Below, one piece after another: positions 25,783 to 33,091 of a stretch of 55,734 nt of DNA (within the stretch, counting starts at the first letter, position 1; the number at the start of each line of letters is the position of its first letter). The position numbers and the translations under genes are program-made. Origin of the DNA: a virus; the IMG/VR virus record IMGVR_UViG_3300033552_000009, positions 1 to 55,734 of that record; one strand, given 5' to 3'. The notes beneath the pieces were generated by a model. It worked only from the letters and a program-made list of their open reading frames with translations, did no database searches and was not told the origin of the DNA.

Positions 25783-25980
25783 CGCTATTGAAATGATAGC
25801 GGAACATGCTTAAATGTTGCAATCAATCAAAAATAGTAGTTGTTTGAACAGTTGCAAAAACGTTGCAATTAAAGGGGCAACCTAAGCGGCAAATAATGTT
25901 AAACTTTAGGGGCATGAAATTCGGCTAATTCGGGCTGACTCATGCAAGAATGTGGGCATACATGCAAAGGAGTTACCGCA

Positions 25981-26283
25981 ATGACTGAAGAATTAAAGGG
26001 CTTTCAATTGCCGCAAAGGGATACAGCGAAGCCTAAAGGACCGGAATTTTATAAGGTTGCATTATCGTCATTTGAAATGATGGTAGCGCCAAAGGCAGGC
26101 CGCAAACCTAATAACGGACCTGCCTTGCCATTCGGCGCGCTTGACATAGGGCAATCGTTCAATGTGCCTTTAGACCGGTCACAAACGGCATTGTTAGACG
26201 CAATGCGTAAGGCAGGATTAAAAGGGGCTAAGTTTCGGCTAGTCACTCATGCAACCCATTATGAAATAGGACGGATTGAATAA
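25981..26283 (+). CDS. small protein with PF..L.IGQSF..P domain (paralog family)
   Basis: ATG 25981 is preceded by AAAGGAG. The ORF-track start at 25942 lacks an RBS. Confidence 0.65.
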   Translation: MTEELKGFQLPQRDTAKPKGPEFYKVALSSFEMMVAPKAGRKPNNGPALPFGALDIGQSFNVPLDRSQTALLDAMRKAGLKGAKFRLVTHATHYEIGRIE

Positions 26284-26573
26284 TGATTAAGATAAAAATT
26301 TACGATATGGTTATTAGGCCCGCAAGTCGTGCCGGTAAATTATTGGTTGATTTTGACGCTGGCAGGAATACTATGCGCTCGGGTCACGAATTCAGGCTAG
26401 ATAAATTGGCTAGTGTGGGCATGAGTGTATTTATCCCGCGATTAACGAATCACCCTTACGTGATGACTATGGCAAGGGGCGCCGTTAGATATGCAAACAA
26501 AACGCTTACGCATAAGCTGATGTTTGCCATTGTCAAGACGAATGACTTAATCGAAATCGTGAGAATTAAGTAA
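26283..26573 (+). CDS. small protein, distant paralog of the GQSF-domain family
   Basis: TAATG junction with the upstream gene. Contains FRLDKLASVGMSVFIP...IVRIK. Confidence 0.6.
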   Translation: MIKIKIYDMVIRPASRAGKLLVDFDAGRNTMRSGHEFRLDKLASVGMSVFIPRLTNHPYVMTMARGAVRYANKTLTHKLMFAIVKTNDLIEIVRIK

Positions 26574-26606
26574 TTGAACGATAAACGAACAATTACAATT
26601 GACAGC

Positions 26607-26634
26607 TTGCAAAGGACTACAGCCCCCATAAAAT
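26607..26634 (+). promoter_or_regulatory. promoter P6: TTGCAA-16 nt-TAAAAT
   Basis: Same architecture as the early promoters; 28 nt upstream of ATG 26662. Confidence 0.5.
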
Positions 26635-26661
26635 AGAGGCTTCACAATAGGAGAATCCGCA

Positions 26662-26841
26662 ATGCTCAAAACGTCATCAATTACCCCTGCACTTGCAAAC
26701 CAATTGGCTAACATTAAAGCCGCAATTGATTCCGCAAACATGCCCGAATTCTCTAATCAATCGTATGACCAATATGTTATCGGCGGTTCAACATGGTTTG
26801 ATGCGCTTGCCGCATTGCCCGCTGACCCGCGTAACGCATAA
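26662..26841 (+). CDS. 59-aa protein, unknown function
   Basis: The RBS AGGAG is 7 nt upstream. It fills the gap ahead of 26849 and is just below the ORF-track cut-off. Confidence 0.6.
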   Translation: MLKTSSITPALANQLANIKAAIDSANMPEFSNQSYDQYVIGGSTWFDALAALPADPRNA

Positions 26842-26848
26842 GGGGCTG

Positions 26849-27160
26849 ATGATGACAACGTTAACTGAAGATCAAAAGGTTGCCATTATCAAACGCCTTG
26901 CCAATGATAGGGTAGCAGGCGCGATAAACGGCTACGTTCTATTGAACCATTCAATAGAGAGGGCTTTTGTAGAGGTATTAGAGAATGCGGAACTAATCCC
27001 GCGATTTACCAAAAACGATAAGCTGAAGTGCCGACAAATAGGCATTGCCATAGGGTATTACGTGAAGTGCGAAAGGTACATTCAACGTCAGTCAAAAGAC
27101 AAAAGCGAAGCATTCATTCAGAATGGCTACGCATACAAACGGGCTGGTAATCATGATTGA
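26849..27160 (+). CDS. hypothetical protein
   Basis: ATG 26849 is preceded by AAGGGG. The longer ORF-track version would overlap the 26662 gene. Confidence 0.6.
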   Translation: MMTTLTEDQKVAIIKRLANDRVAGAINGYVLLNHSIERAFVEVLENAELIPRFTKNDKLKCRQIGIAIGYYVKCERYIQRQSKDKSEAFIQNGYAYKRAGNHD

Positions 27161-27377
27161 TAAAGACGGCAAGCCAATTACCACATTGTTTGAAGTATCC
27201 ATTCGGCAACGTGTAGGGGATAAAACATATTACGGATATGAAGCCGTTGACCTTTACCCCTATCGTGATTCTGAGCCTGACGCAATTGACAAGGTTAAAC
27301 GGGCAATCTATACCCGCGCCCAAATGACGTTAGACAAGGTTATCCGCGAAGCATTGGCAAAGGAGCCAACCGCATGA
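27123..27377 (+). CDS. hypothetical protein
   Basis: 84-aa ORF. An alternative ATG at 27153 would give an ATGATTGA coupling with the upstream stop. Confidence 0.55.
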   Translation: MATHTNGLVIMIDKDGKPITTLFEVSIRQRVGDKTYYGYEAVDLYPYRDSEPDAIDKVKRAIYTRAQMTLDKVIREALAKEPTA

Positions 27378-27634
27378 TTACCACAAATTCATTAATACAA
27401 GGCAAAGGGTTATTTGCGCTTGATACGTACATCGTTGAAGTTTTCGATATGGCGGGCGATACCGAATACGATGCAACCCGAACGGCAAAACGCTGGTTTA
27501 CCCGGTCCTATGCCCTTCAGGTGGCGTTGTTTCATTCGCTTGAATGCGCTTGCATTGACGACATAAATAAACAAATGATTGCCGATAAACAGGCAAAGCA
27601 CGATAAAGTGATGGCCCATTATGTCGGCAAATAA
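27374..27634 (+). CDS. hypothetical protein
   Basis: ATGA overlap with the upstream stop. Confidence 0.6.
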   Translation: MITTNSLIQGKGLFALDTYIVEVFDMAGDTEYDATRTAKRWFTRSYALQVALFHSLECACIDDINKQMIADKQAKHDKVMAHYVGK

Positions 27635-27914
27635 TGACGTTGTTTTTGATGCCCTAAAGGCCGCATCAATCGCCCATGCCAATTTTTGCATTTGGCGCAT
27701 CATTCACCTACAGGAACCCATGACAGACGTTCTATGGCTGGAAGGCTTCGCTTTATTAACTGATGGATGGTCAGCCAATGCCCATGCGGCTAGCGTCTGC
27801 ACCTCCTACGATGAAAGGGCAGGGCTGGAAGATATAGCTGAATGGTTTAAGAAAAAAGCATTAGAAGCATGGAAGTTTGGGGCAGAGGCTGCAATGAACA
27901 GGAAAAAACGATGA
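27621..27914 (+). CDS. hypothetical protein
   Basis: 97-aa ORF in the coupled gene chain. Confidence 0.6.
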   Translation: MSANNDVVFDALKAASIAHANFCIWRIIHLQEPMTDVLWLEGFALLTDGWSANAHAASVCTSYDERAGLEDIAEWFKKKALEAWKFGAEAAMNRKKR

Positions 27915-28168
27915 ACGCAATTACTACACAATTTTGGCGCAATGTTGAAGAAAGTACGTTATTGGCTACAGCGCCCCATTTAGTACCCGCAACGCTAAAC
28001 GCTAGTGTTAGTGAAACGATTAATGGAAACAAATACACTAGCAAACGGGAACAAAAGATTAATTGTTCTATTACGCAAGTTGAACAAACCGAAATAATGA
28101 AAAATCTGTTTAATCAATGCCGGATTGAAAATATAATGAAGGCAAAATTGAAAGCTGACGAAAAATGA
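27911..28168 (+). CDS. hypothetical protein, paralog of 28165..28455
   Basis: ATGA overlap. PATLNASVSETINGNKYTS...VEQTEIMKNLFNQCR compares with PATLSATVTETIDGVEYST...VEQTKALQGLVNDCR. Confidence 0.6.
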   Translation: MNAITTQFWRNVEESTLLATAPHLVPATLNASVSETINGNKYTSKREQKINCSITQVEQTEIMKNLFNQCRIENIMKAKLKADEK

Positions 28169-28455
28169 TTAACGTAACATATTCCCGTAAGGTCATGCCT
28201 GATGCCATAGCGGGCTGTCCTATACACTATCAACCCGCGACTTTATCGGCTACTGTGACCGAAACAATTGACGGCGTTGAATATTCAACAACGGTTGAAA
28301 GGTGCGTGAAAGGCAGTGTTTCGGGCGTTGAACAAACAAAAGCCTTACAAGGGTTGGTTAACGACTGCCGTAGCCACAATAACGAAAAGGCTAAGAAAAA
28401 GGGTAAGCCGGATGAATTACCGGTTAATCAAGGCGTTAACAATCAATTACCATAA
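28165..28455 (+). CDS. hypothetical protein, paralog of 27911..28168
   Basis: ATGA overlap and a shared sequence pattern with the preceding gene. Confidence 0.6.
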   Translation: MINVTYSRKVMPDAIAGCPIHYQPATLSATVTETIDGVEYSTTVERCVKGSVSGVEQTKALQGLVNDCRSHNNEKAKKKGKPDELPVNQGVNNQLP

Positions 28456-28460
28456 AGGGC

Positions 28461-28488
28461 TTGCCGTTAGTTGACGGTTTGCTATACT
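28461..28488 (+). promoter_or_regulatory. promoter P7: TTGCCG-16 nt-TATACT
   Basis: Located in the 55-nt gap before ATG 28511, with the same 16-nt spacer rule. Confidence 0.45.
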
Positions 28489-28510
28489 GGAATCTTTAAA
28501 AGGGGCTTCA

Positions 28511-28696
28511 ATGAATTTCTATCAAGCAATCTTTGTTTTTCTTTTGTTGGCTTACATGAATTGGCTAGCCTACGAAATGATGAAATTTAAGATAACAATA
28601 GCAATAGCGTCTTTTCAATATATAACATTGATTATTGATGGTGTGGCTTTTCTGTTGTCAGTTGTGGCGATATTTATTAAATTAGGTCAGTTGTAA
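28511..28696 (+). CDS. 61-aa two-TM membrane protein
   Basis: FYQAIFVFLLLAYMNWLAY and IIDGVAFLLSVVAIFI are hydrophobic segments. The RBS is AAAAGGGG. Confidence 0.6.
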   Translation: MNFYQAIFVFLLLAYMNWLAYEMMKFKITIAIASFQYITLIIDGVAFLLSVVAIFIKLGQL

Positions 28697-28716
28697 ACAT
28701 TGAAAGGTAATCGAAG

Positions 28717-29103
28717 ATGAAACGCATATTTATAGCCCTTGCCCTATCTGGCATGGTTGCCTCTGTTTTTGCGGGTCATGCGCCCATCACGCATGAGAAG
28801 GATGCCCGTTATTGTGGGCAACCTAAGCGGGATGCCAAAGGCGTGATTATTCGGAGTGCCGCGCAGGTACGCAAATTCGTACAGGTGTTCCCCTGCCCTA
28901 CTACGTTGCTTCACATTCGGGCCTGCAAAGGATGGGACGTAGATCACGTTATCCCGATGGCGTCAGGGGGTTGCGATACTCCGATTAATATGCAATGGCT
29001 ACCGAATACCATTAAAAATTGCACGGCAAGCGATTGCAAAGACCGATGGGAACGGCTTTATCACGGCGTTGATGGAATTAACCGCCAAAAGGTTGTACCG
29101 TGA
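28717..29103 (+). CDS. secreted/periplasmic HNH endonuclease
   Basis: The signal peptide is MKRIFIALALSGMVASVFA-GH. The HNH core is GWDVDHVIPMASGGCDTPINMQWLP. It resembles small signal-peptide HNH proteins of proteobacteria. Confidence 0.65.
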   Translation: MKRIFIALALSGMVASVFAGHAPITHEKDARYCGQPKRDAKGVIIRSAAQVRKFVQVFPCPTTLLHIRACKGWDVDHVIPMASGGCDTPINMQWLPNTIKNCTASDCKDRWERLYHGVDGINRQKVVP

Positions 29104-29300
29104 ACTACAACACAAACGGGCATGATTTTCGGGATGCTGAATTAAAGCGCCTGCAAATGACGGCTGAGTTAATCAGTCCAATGTGGGATGCCTCAAAAGT
29201 ACCCCCACAATCGCCGCAAATAATCAATATGATTAATTTGTTTAACGATGAATTCCCAATCGTTCAACCTATGTCGGAATACTGGAAGAATCAGATATGA
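29100..29300 (+). CDS. hypothetical protein (GTG start overlapping the upstream TGA)
   Basis: 66-aa ORF with a GTGA junction. Confidence 0.5.
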   Translation: MNYNTNGHDFRDAELKRLQMTAELISPMWDASKVPPQSPQIINMINLFNDEFPIVQPMSEYWKNQI

Positions 29301-29389
29301 AAACGCTCTACGTCATTTTTATCGGCGTAGTGTTTTCAGGTACTTTAATTTTACTTTACGCGTTATTTACTGGCGTTTCTCAACCATGA
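29297..29389 (+). CDS. 30-aa hydrophobic peptide
   Basis: MKTLYVIFIGVVFSGTLILLYALFTGVSQP. ATGA overlaps at both ends. Confidence 0.5.
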   Translation: MKTLYVIFIGVVFSGTLILLYALFTGVSQP

Positions 29390-29655
29390 AAATTAGCAGA
29401 CGTAAACCGATGGCGTTGCGTATGGCGTATCGTATGCGCTGGCGTAAAATGGACAAGCGTATAAACCGCATAATCAGTGAACAAATGATTTTGTACCCGC
29501 CTGTAATGCCACAATACTATGAAGCCTGTAGTAATTCCAACGCTCAAAACAAGCTCGATATAACTCAAGTGGGTTGGGAATCTATGCGGATAATGAATAT
29601 TCCGCCAAATTATAACGTTGTCACGCATTTTGATTTAAACATAAGGCCATCATGA
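29386..29655 (+). CDS. hypothetical basic protein
   Basis: ATG 29386 overlaps the upstream TGA. The ORF-track start at 29248 would overlap two genes. Confidence 0.55.
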   Translation: MKISRRKPMALRMAYRMRWRKMDKRINRIISEQMILYPPVMPQYYEACSNSNAQNKLDITQVGWESMRIMNIPPNYNVVTHFDLNIRPS

Positions 29656-29822
29656 CTATGCTTTTGTTTTCGGTATTATTGGCATTGATGATTGAAATAG
29701 TAAACATGCGGTTTTATCAATCGCAATGGCTTATTCGTTTGTCGTCAGTAATCTTTTTGGGGGTATTCATTTATTCCTGTATTGTGACGACAACATTTTT
29801 TCTTGAATGGATTAGAACATGA
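29652..29822 (+). CDS. 56-aa two-TM membrane peptide
   Basis: MTMLLFSVLLALMIEIV...VIFLGVFIYSCIVTTTFFL. ATGA overlaps at both ends. Confidence 0.55.
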   Translation: MTMLLFSVLLALMIEIVNMRFYQSQWLIRLSSVIFLGVFIYSCIVTTTFFLEWIRT

Positions 29823-30088
29823 TGACCGCATATAAATACAAACAACAACGCCGACAAACCAAACTTAATCAAAAGCATGACGCAATGGTTAAGCGGTATA
29901 ACGATTTTTATAATCGCAATATTAGCCGTGATGAATTCTTAGGGTTGCACGGCATTGGACCCGGTTCGATGTTTGCCCCACTTTATCCACGAAGCCCCCA
30001 ATACTTTATGGACCCTGTAGAAACGTTTAATCCAATGCTTCAAAAGCGGATTAAGGGATGGCTTGCCCGTTTAGGAGAATCAGAATGA
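29819..30088 (+). CDS. hypothetical protein
   Basis: 89-aa ORF, coupled. Confidence 0.6.
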   Translation: MMTAYKYKQQRRQTKLNQKHDAMVKRYNDFYNRNISRDEFLGLHGIGPGSMFAPLYPRSPQYFMDPVETFNPMLQKRIKGWLARLGESE

Positions 30089-30213
30089 ACAGTGAATTAT
30101 TTTGGGAAATGTCCAACGATTTTTGCCAAGCCATGATTGAAGAAAGTCACGAATTCCGGTTCAAATATGAAGGGTCATATAATGATCTTGACGCAATGTA
30201 TTGCGGGTTCTGA
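30085..30213 (+). CDS. 42-aa protein ending DLDAMYCGF (twin 1)
   Basis: ATGA overlap with the upstream stop. Paralog of the next ORF. Confidence 0.55.
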   Translation: MNSELFWEMSNDFCQAMIEESHEFRFKYEGSYNDLDAMYCGF

Positions 30214-30342
30214 ATGACAACCGAATTATATTTAGCCCTTGATCTTACGTTTCGGCTAGCTATGCAAATCGAAACGCAAGTATTCTTTTTTAAACACAAT
30301 GGCCTGTTAGTTGATATTGACGCCATGTATTGCGGGTTTTAA
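30214..30342 (+). CDS. 42-aa protein ending DIDAMYCGF (twin 2)
   Basis: Starts directly after the twin-1 stop (TGAATG). Same length and same C-terminal nonapeptide pattern. Confidence 0.55.
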   Translation: MTTELYLALDLTFRLAMQIETQVFFFKHNGLLVDIDAMYCGF

Positions 30343-30344
30343 TC

Positions 30345-30584
30345 ATGAATGCTAAAAATCCGTATTTATTCCCGCGCCCCCTGCCAATTGGCGCATTTTC
30401 CCCTGACGAATGCCTAGCAATTTTAGAAGCGCATTCCGGTATAACCTTGCGGGATCATTTCGCAGGTTTGGCGATGCAAGGTGATTGGGCAGAAGGGGCG
30501 ATTGACCCTAGCGCATATAAAGGGCGGGCTGAAGAATATTACGCAATGGCTGACGCTATGCTGAAAGCTAGGAAAAAATCATGA
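30345..30584 (+). CDS. hypothetical conserved phage protein
   Basis: ATG 30345. GITLRDHFAGLAMQG...YYAMADAMLKAR is a pattern common in small phage proteins. Confidence 0.6.
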   Translation: MNAKNPYLFPRPLPIGAFSPDECLAILEAHSGITLRDHFAGLAMQGDWAEGAIDPSAYKGRAEEYYAMADAMLKARKKS

Positions 30585-30925
30585 AAGCTACACGTAAAGT
30601 AACCCCTGCCCAATTTAAAAAGGGCAGGCTCAAACGTTTGCAGAATGATGCAAATGAATTGCGGGCTGAAATAGACTACGTAGCCGCGCCAAAGGTTGAC
30701 GTAGCCGAAGTAATGGATGGCGTAATTGATTTGTTTAAGCGAATCAATGACGAAATGGCGCAACACAACGCCTTATGGAAGGACAAGGCGAATCAGATAA
30801 AGGAATATCGCGCATGGGTTGCCGCTACACCCGGTAACGAAGAATATCTAATTAAGTTTGATGCGTTGCCGTATGCTGATAAAATGGCATTATTTGCAGA
30901 CAAAAGGTTAGGCTATGACTTATGA
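30581..30925 (+). CDS. hypothetical protein
   Basis: ATGA overlap; 114 aa. Confidence 0.6.
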   Translation: MKATRKVTPAQFKKGRLKRLQNDANELRAEIDYVAAPKVDVAEVMDGVIDLFKRINDEMAQHNALWKDKANQIKEYRAWVAATPGNEEYLIKFDALPYADKMALFADKRLGYDL

Positions 30926-31247
30926 AAAGTTTCGTTTGATTTCTGCTGATGAATTCAAACGGCAATTTTATGAATTGGGCCGCAAGTTGGCTAGCAGTGA
31001 CAACACCCAAGCGGTGATCGTAGGCACTTTGCTAGCCCCTATCAGGGAACGGGGCAAGTCTGACGTACTACGCCGTTTGATAGCTTTGCTAGCTAAAGAA
31101 CAGGCGCTAGAAAAGGCATGGCTCGATAACGTTGAACGGATGCAAATAACTCACGCATACATTGATGAATGTCCTACATTAGAAGCGCCTAAACCCACAC
31201 TTAAAAATAAGCCGTGGTATGGCAAATTTAACAAAGGCAGGTATTAA
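30915..31247 (+). CDS. hypothetical protein
   Basis: 110-aa ORF overlapping the upstream gene by 11 nt. Confidence 0.6.
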   Translation: MTYEKFRLISADEFKRQFYELGRKLASSDNTQAVIVGTLLAPIRERGKSDVLRRLIALLAKEQALEKAWLDNVERMQITHAYIDECPTLEAPKPTLKNKPWYGKFNKGRY

Positions 31248-31529
31248 ATGATAGTCAACGCCAACGTTCCCATTGACGGTAAATTACCCCTTGACTGGTC
31301 CGTTTATCATGCTTACCACATGAAATTTATGGATGGGGTTATTTGGGCCGATGACCAAACTAATCAATATTGCGTTAGGCGCGTACTTGACAATAAGCTT
31401 GTCGAAAGTCTTTACGCTTCAGCCAAAATATTTATCATGCCCCCTATTAAGCTGATAATTATCAATCCCGTAATTGACAACCATCTATTCTACGATTCCT
31501 ACCGAATCATGATGCTAATGAAGAAATGA
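31248..31529 (+). CDS. hypothetical protein
   Basis: TAAATG junction; 93 aa. Confidence 0.6.
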   Translation: MIVNANVPIDGKLPLDWSVYHAYHMKFMDGVIWADDQTNQYCVRRVLDNKLVESLYASAKIFIMPPIKLIIINPVIDNHLFYDSYRIMMLMKK

Positions 31530-31648
31530 TTTACTTAATCTATTTATCGTGGTTTTTTGTGTTGTCAATGGCGATTCTAGCGTTAACCCCTATTGCAGTT
31601 ATCATTGTAGTTATTGCATTGATTGTTGAAAGATTCCAGAATGACTAA
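31526..31648 (+). CDS. 40-aa hydrophobic peptide
   Basis: MIYLIYLSWFFVLSMAILALTPIAVIIVVIALIVERFQND. ATGA overlap. Confidence 0.5.
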   Translation: MIYLIYLSWFFVLSMAILALTPIAVIIVVIALIVERFQND

Positions 31649-31751
31649 CCTAATCGAGTTGCAGCAATTTCTTACAATTTTGATTCGCGTAACTCTTTGG
31701 GTTTGTGTTATCATTTACCTTGTCGAACTTGTTAAACAATGGAAAGGCTAA
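31641..31751 (+). CDS. 36-aa hydrophobic peptide
   Basis: MTNLIELQQFLTILIRVTLWVCVIIYLVELVKQWKG. Overlaps the upstream ORF by 8 nt. Confidence 0.45.
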   Translation: MTNLIELQQFLTILIRVTLWVCVIIYLVELVKQWKG

Positions 31752-31753
31752 CA

Positions 31754-31876
31754 ATGGACAACTTTTTTAACTTTACCGGTATCGTATGGCTTGCCGCATT
31801 AGCTTGCTGTTTGCTTTACGGCTTTTTATTTGGTTCCTCTAAAGAAAAGGACGATGATGATTCCCGTAACTCTTAA
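31754..31876 (+). CDS. 40-aa membrane peptide with acidic tail
   Basis: MDNFFNFTGIVWLAALACCLLYGFLFGSSKEKDDDDSRNS. Confidence 0.45.
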   Translation: MDNFFNFTGIVWLAALACCLLYGFLFGSSKEKDDDDSRNS

Positions 31877-32051
31877 CCGCCACACGGTCAAGCTGTCACA
31901 AAATGAAGCCCGTGACGCGCAAGCACTCTATTCGGCTAAACAACGTGGTGAAGAAATCACAACCATCGCGCTTACTTGGCTGGACAAGTCGCCCAACGAT
32001 GCCTGCCGGGACCGGCGCAAAGATGCCATTCAGAAATTCAATCTGATTTAA
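31854..32051 (+). CDS. hypothetical protein
   Basis: ATG 31854 is preceded by AAGGA. The ORF-track start at 31830 is not an ATG. Confidence 0.55.
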   Translation: MMIPVTLNRHTVKLSQNEARDAQALYSAKQRGEEITTIALTWLDKSPNDACRDRRKDAIQKFNLI

Positions 32052-32060
32052 GGGGCAACA

Positions 32061-32255
32061 ATGGAATCCTACGATTCACTATCCAAAGGCATTAGGCATA
32101 TAACTAAAGAATCGGAATTAAAAGTTTGTCGTGACTTTGGCAAAACAGACGCTTTAAATAATAGCCCTTGTTTTACTTCACGACTTTGGACCGATGAACA
32201 AAAAGCGGCATATCGTGAAGGTTACAACGAAATGAAACTTAAATATCCAGACTGA
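32061..32255 (+). CDS. hypothetical protein
   Basis: 64-aa ORF with a GGGG RBS. Confidence 0.55.
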   Translation: MESYDSLSKGIRHITKESELKVCRDFGKTDALNNSPCFTSRLWTDEQKAAYREGYNEMKLKYPD

Positions 32256-32268
32256 AAGGAAATTAATC

Positions 32269-32619
32269 ATGACAATTTACGAAGGATGGGAACTTGACGA
32301 AGCCCTAATAAAATCAAACGCCGCTGCTATGAATGTGGGCATTAGCACAATTCATCAAACGTTATGGGGGAAATATAAAAGAAAAGTTGAACCTTCCCCC
32401 AAAGCAAAGACCGTGAAAATCGGAATGCTGTTTAACGGGCCATATCAGTACCTTGATACGTCAACCGGGGAAATGCGTCAGACAATGCCTACGTTCACGC
32501 GGGATGATATATTACTCCAAAGGGGCTTGCTAAAACATAATCAGTTGCCACAAAGCATTAATGCGGGCAAACAGTCAGTTGTAACACGGCTTATCGGGCG
32601 CATTTCATCATTTCTATGA
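32269..32619 (+). CDS. hypothetical protein
   Basis: 116-aa ORF with the RBS AAGGAAA. Confidence 0.6.
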   Translation: MTIYEGWELDEALIKSNAAAMNVGISTIHQTLWGKYKRKVEPSPKAKTVKIGMLFNGPYQYLDTSTGEMRQTMPTFTRDDILLQRGLLKHNQLPQSINAGKQSVVTRLIGRISSFL

Positions 32620-32648
32620 CAAACTACCCCCTTTAAAAAGGGGTTGAA

Positions 32649-32813
32649 ATGATTAAATCAGTTCTAGTCCCACTGATAGTAGGCTTATCAACATGGTCAA
32701 CCGTTTACTCAGTGGCAACTTATATTGAACAACGTGAAATTCTATCCATATTAAAAAGCATTAATGCCGAAATATGTCACCGCGAAGATTATAGTAAGGA
32801 GAAACCTAAATGA
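32649..32813 (+). CDS. 54-aa single-TM membrane protein
   Basis: MIKSVLVPLIVGLSTWSTVYSVATYI... The stop overlaps the next ATG (ATGA). Confidence 0.5.
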   Translation: MIKSVLVPLIVGLSTWSTVYSVATYIEQREILSILKSINAEICHREDYSKEKPK

Positions 32814-33091
32814 ACTTAAATCAAACTCAGATTGAAAAATATGCCAAAGACTTTATTGAAGCAAAAGCCTATTTGGTTAACCTCAAAGAAAAACGCCGCT
32901 TACTCAATATTGAGTTTGAGGAACAAGAGGCACGTTACAGCGCGCTTGAATATGAAATTCTGGCTAAGTTTGAAAACTCTACCCCAATTGCTGTAGTTAT
33001 TGGCAAAAAGATTTTCACAATCATTAGCCAGCAAGACCGACGCCGAACCACGGCTAACGCAATTCAAATATGGGATGCGGCATTAGGATGA
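32810..33091 (+). CDS. hypothetical coiled-coil protein
   Basis: 93-aa ORF, coupled on both sides. Confidence 0.6.
   Translation: MNLNQTQIEKYAKDFIEAKAYLVNLKEKRRLLNIEFEEQEARYSALEYEILAKFENSTPIAVVIGKKIFTIISQQDRRRTTANAIQIWDAALG

Noticed and set aside
25637-25822. 61-aa minus-strand ORF across the iteron and AT-rich region.
   Set aside because: It is composed of translated AT-rich repeats, has no RBS and is isolated on the opposite strand from all neighbours.
25942-25980. Longer N-terminal extension of the 25981 gene (MQECGHTCKGVTA...).
   Set aside because: There is no RBS before 25942, whereas AAAGGAG precedes ATG 25981. The extension is largely the translated AATGTGGGC-containing 15-mer that is also found in the intergenic region at 37786.
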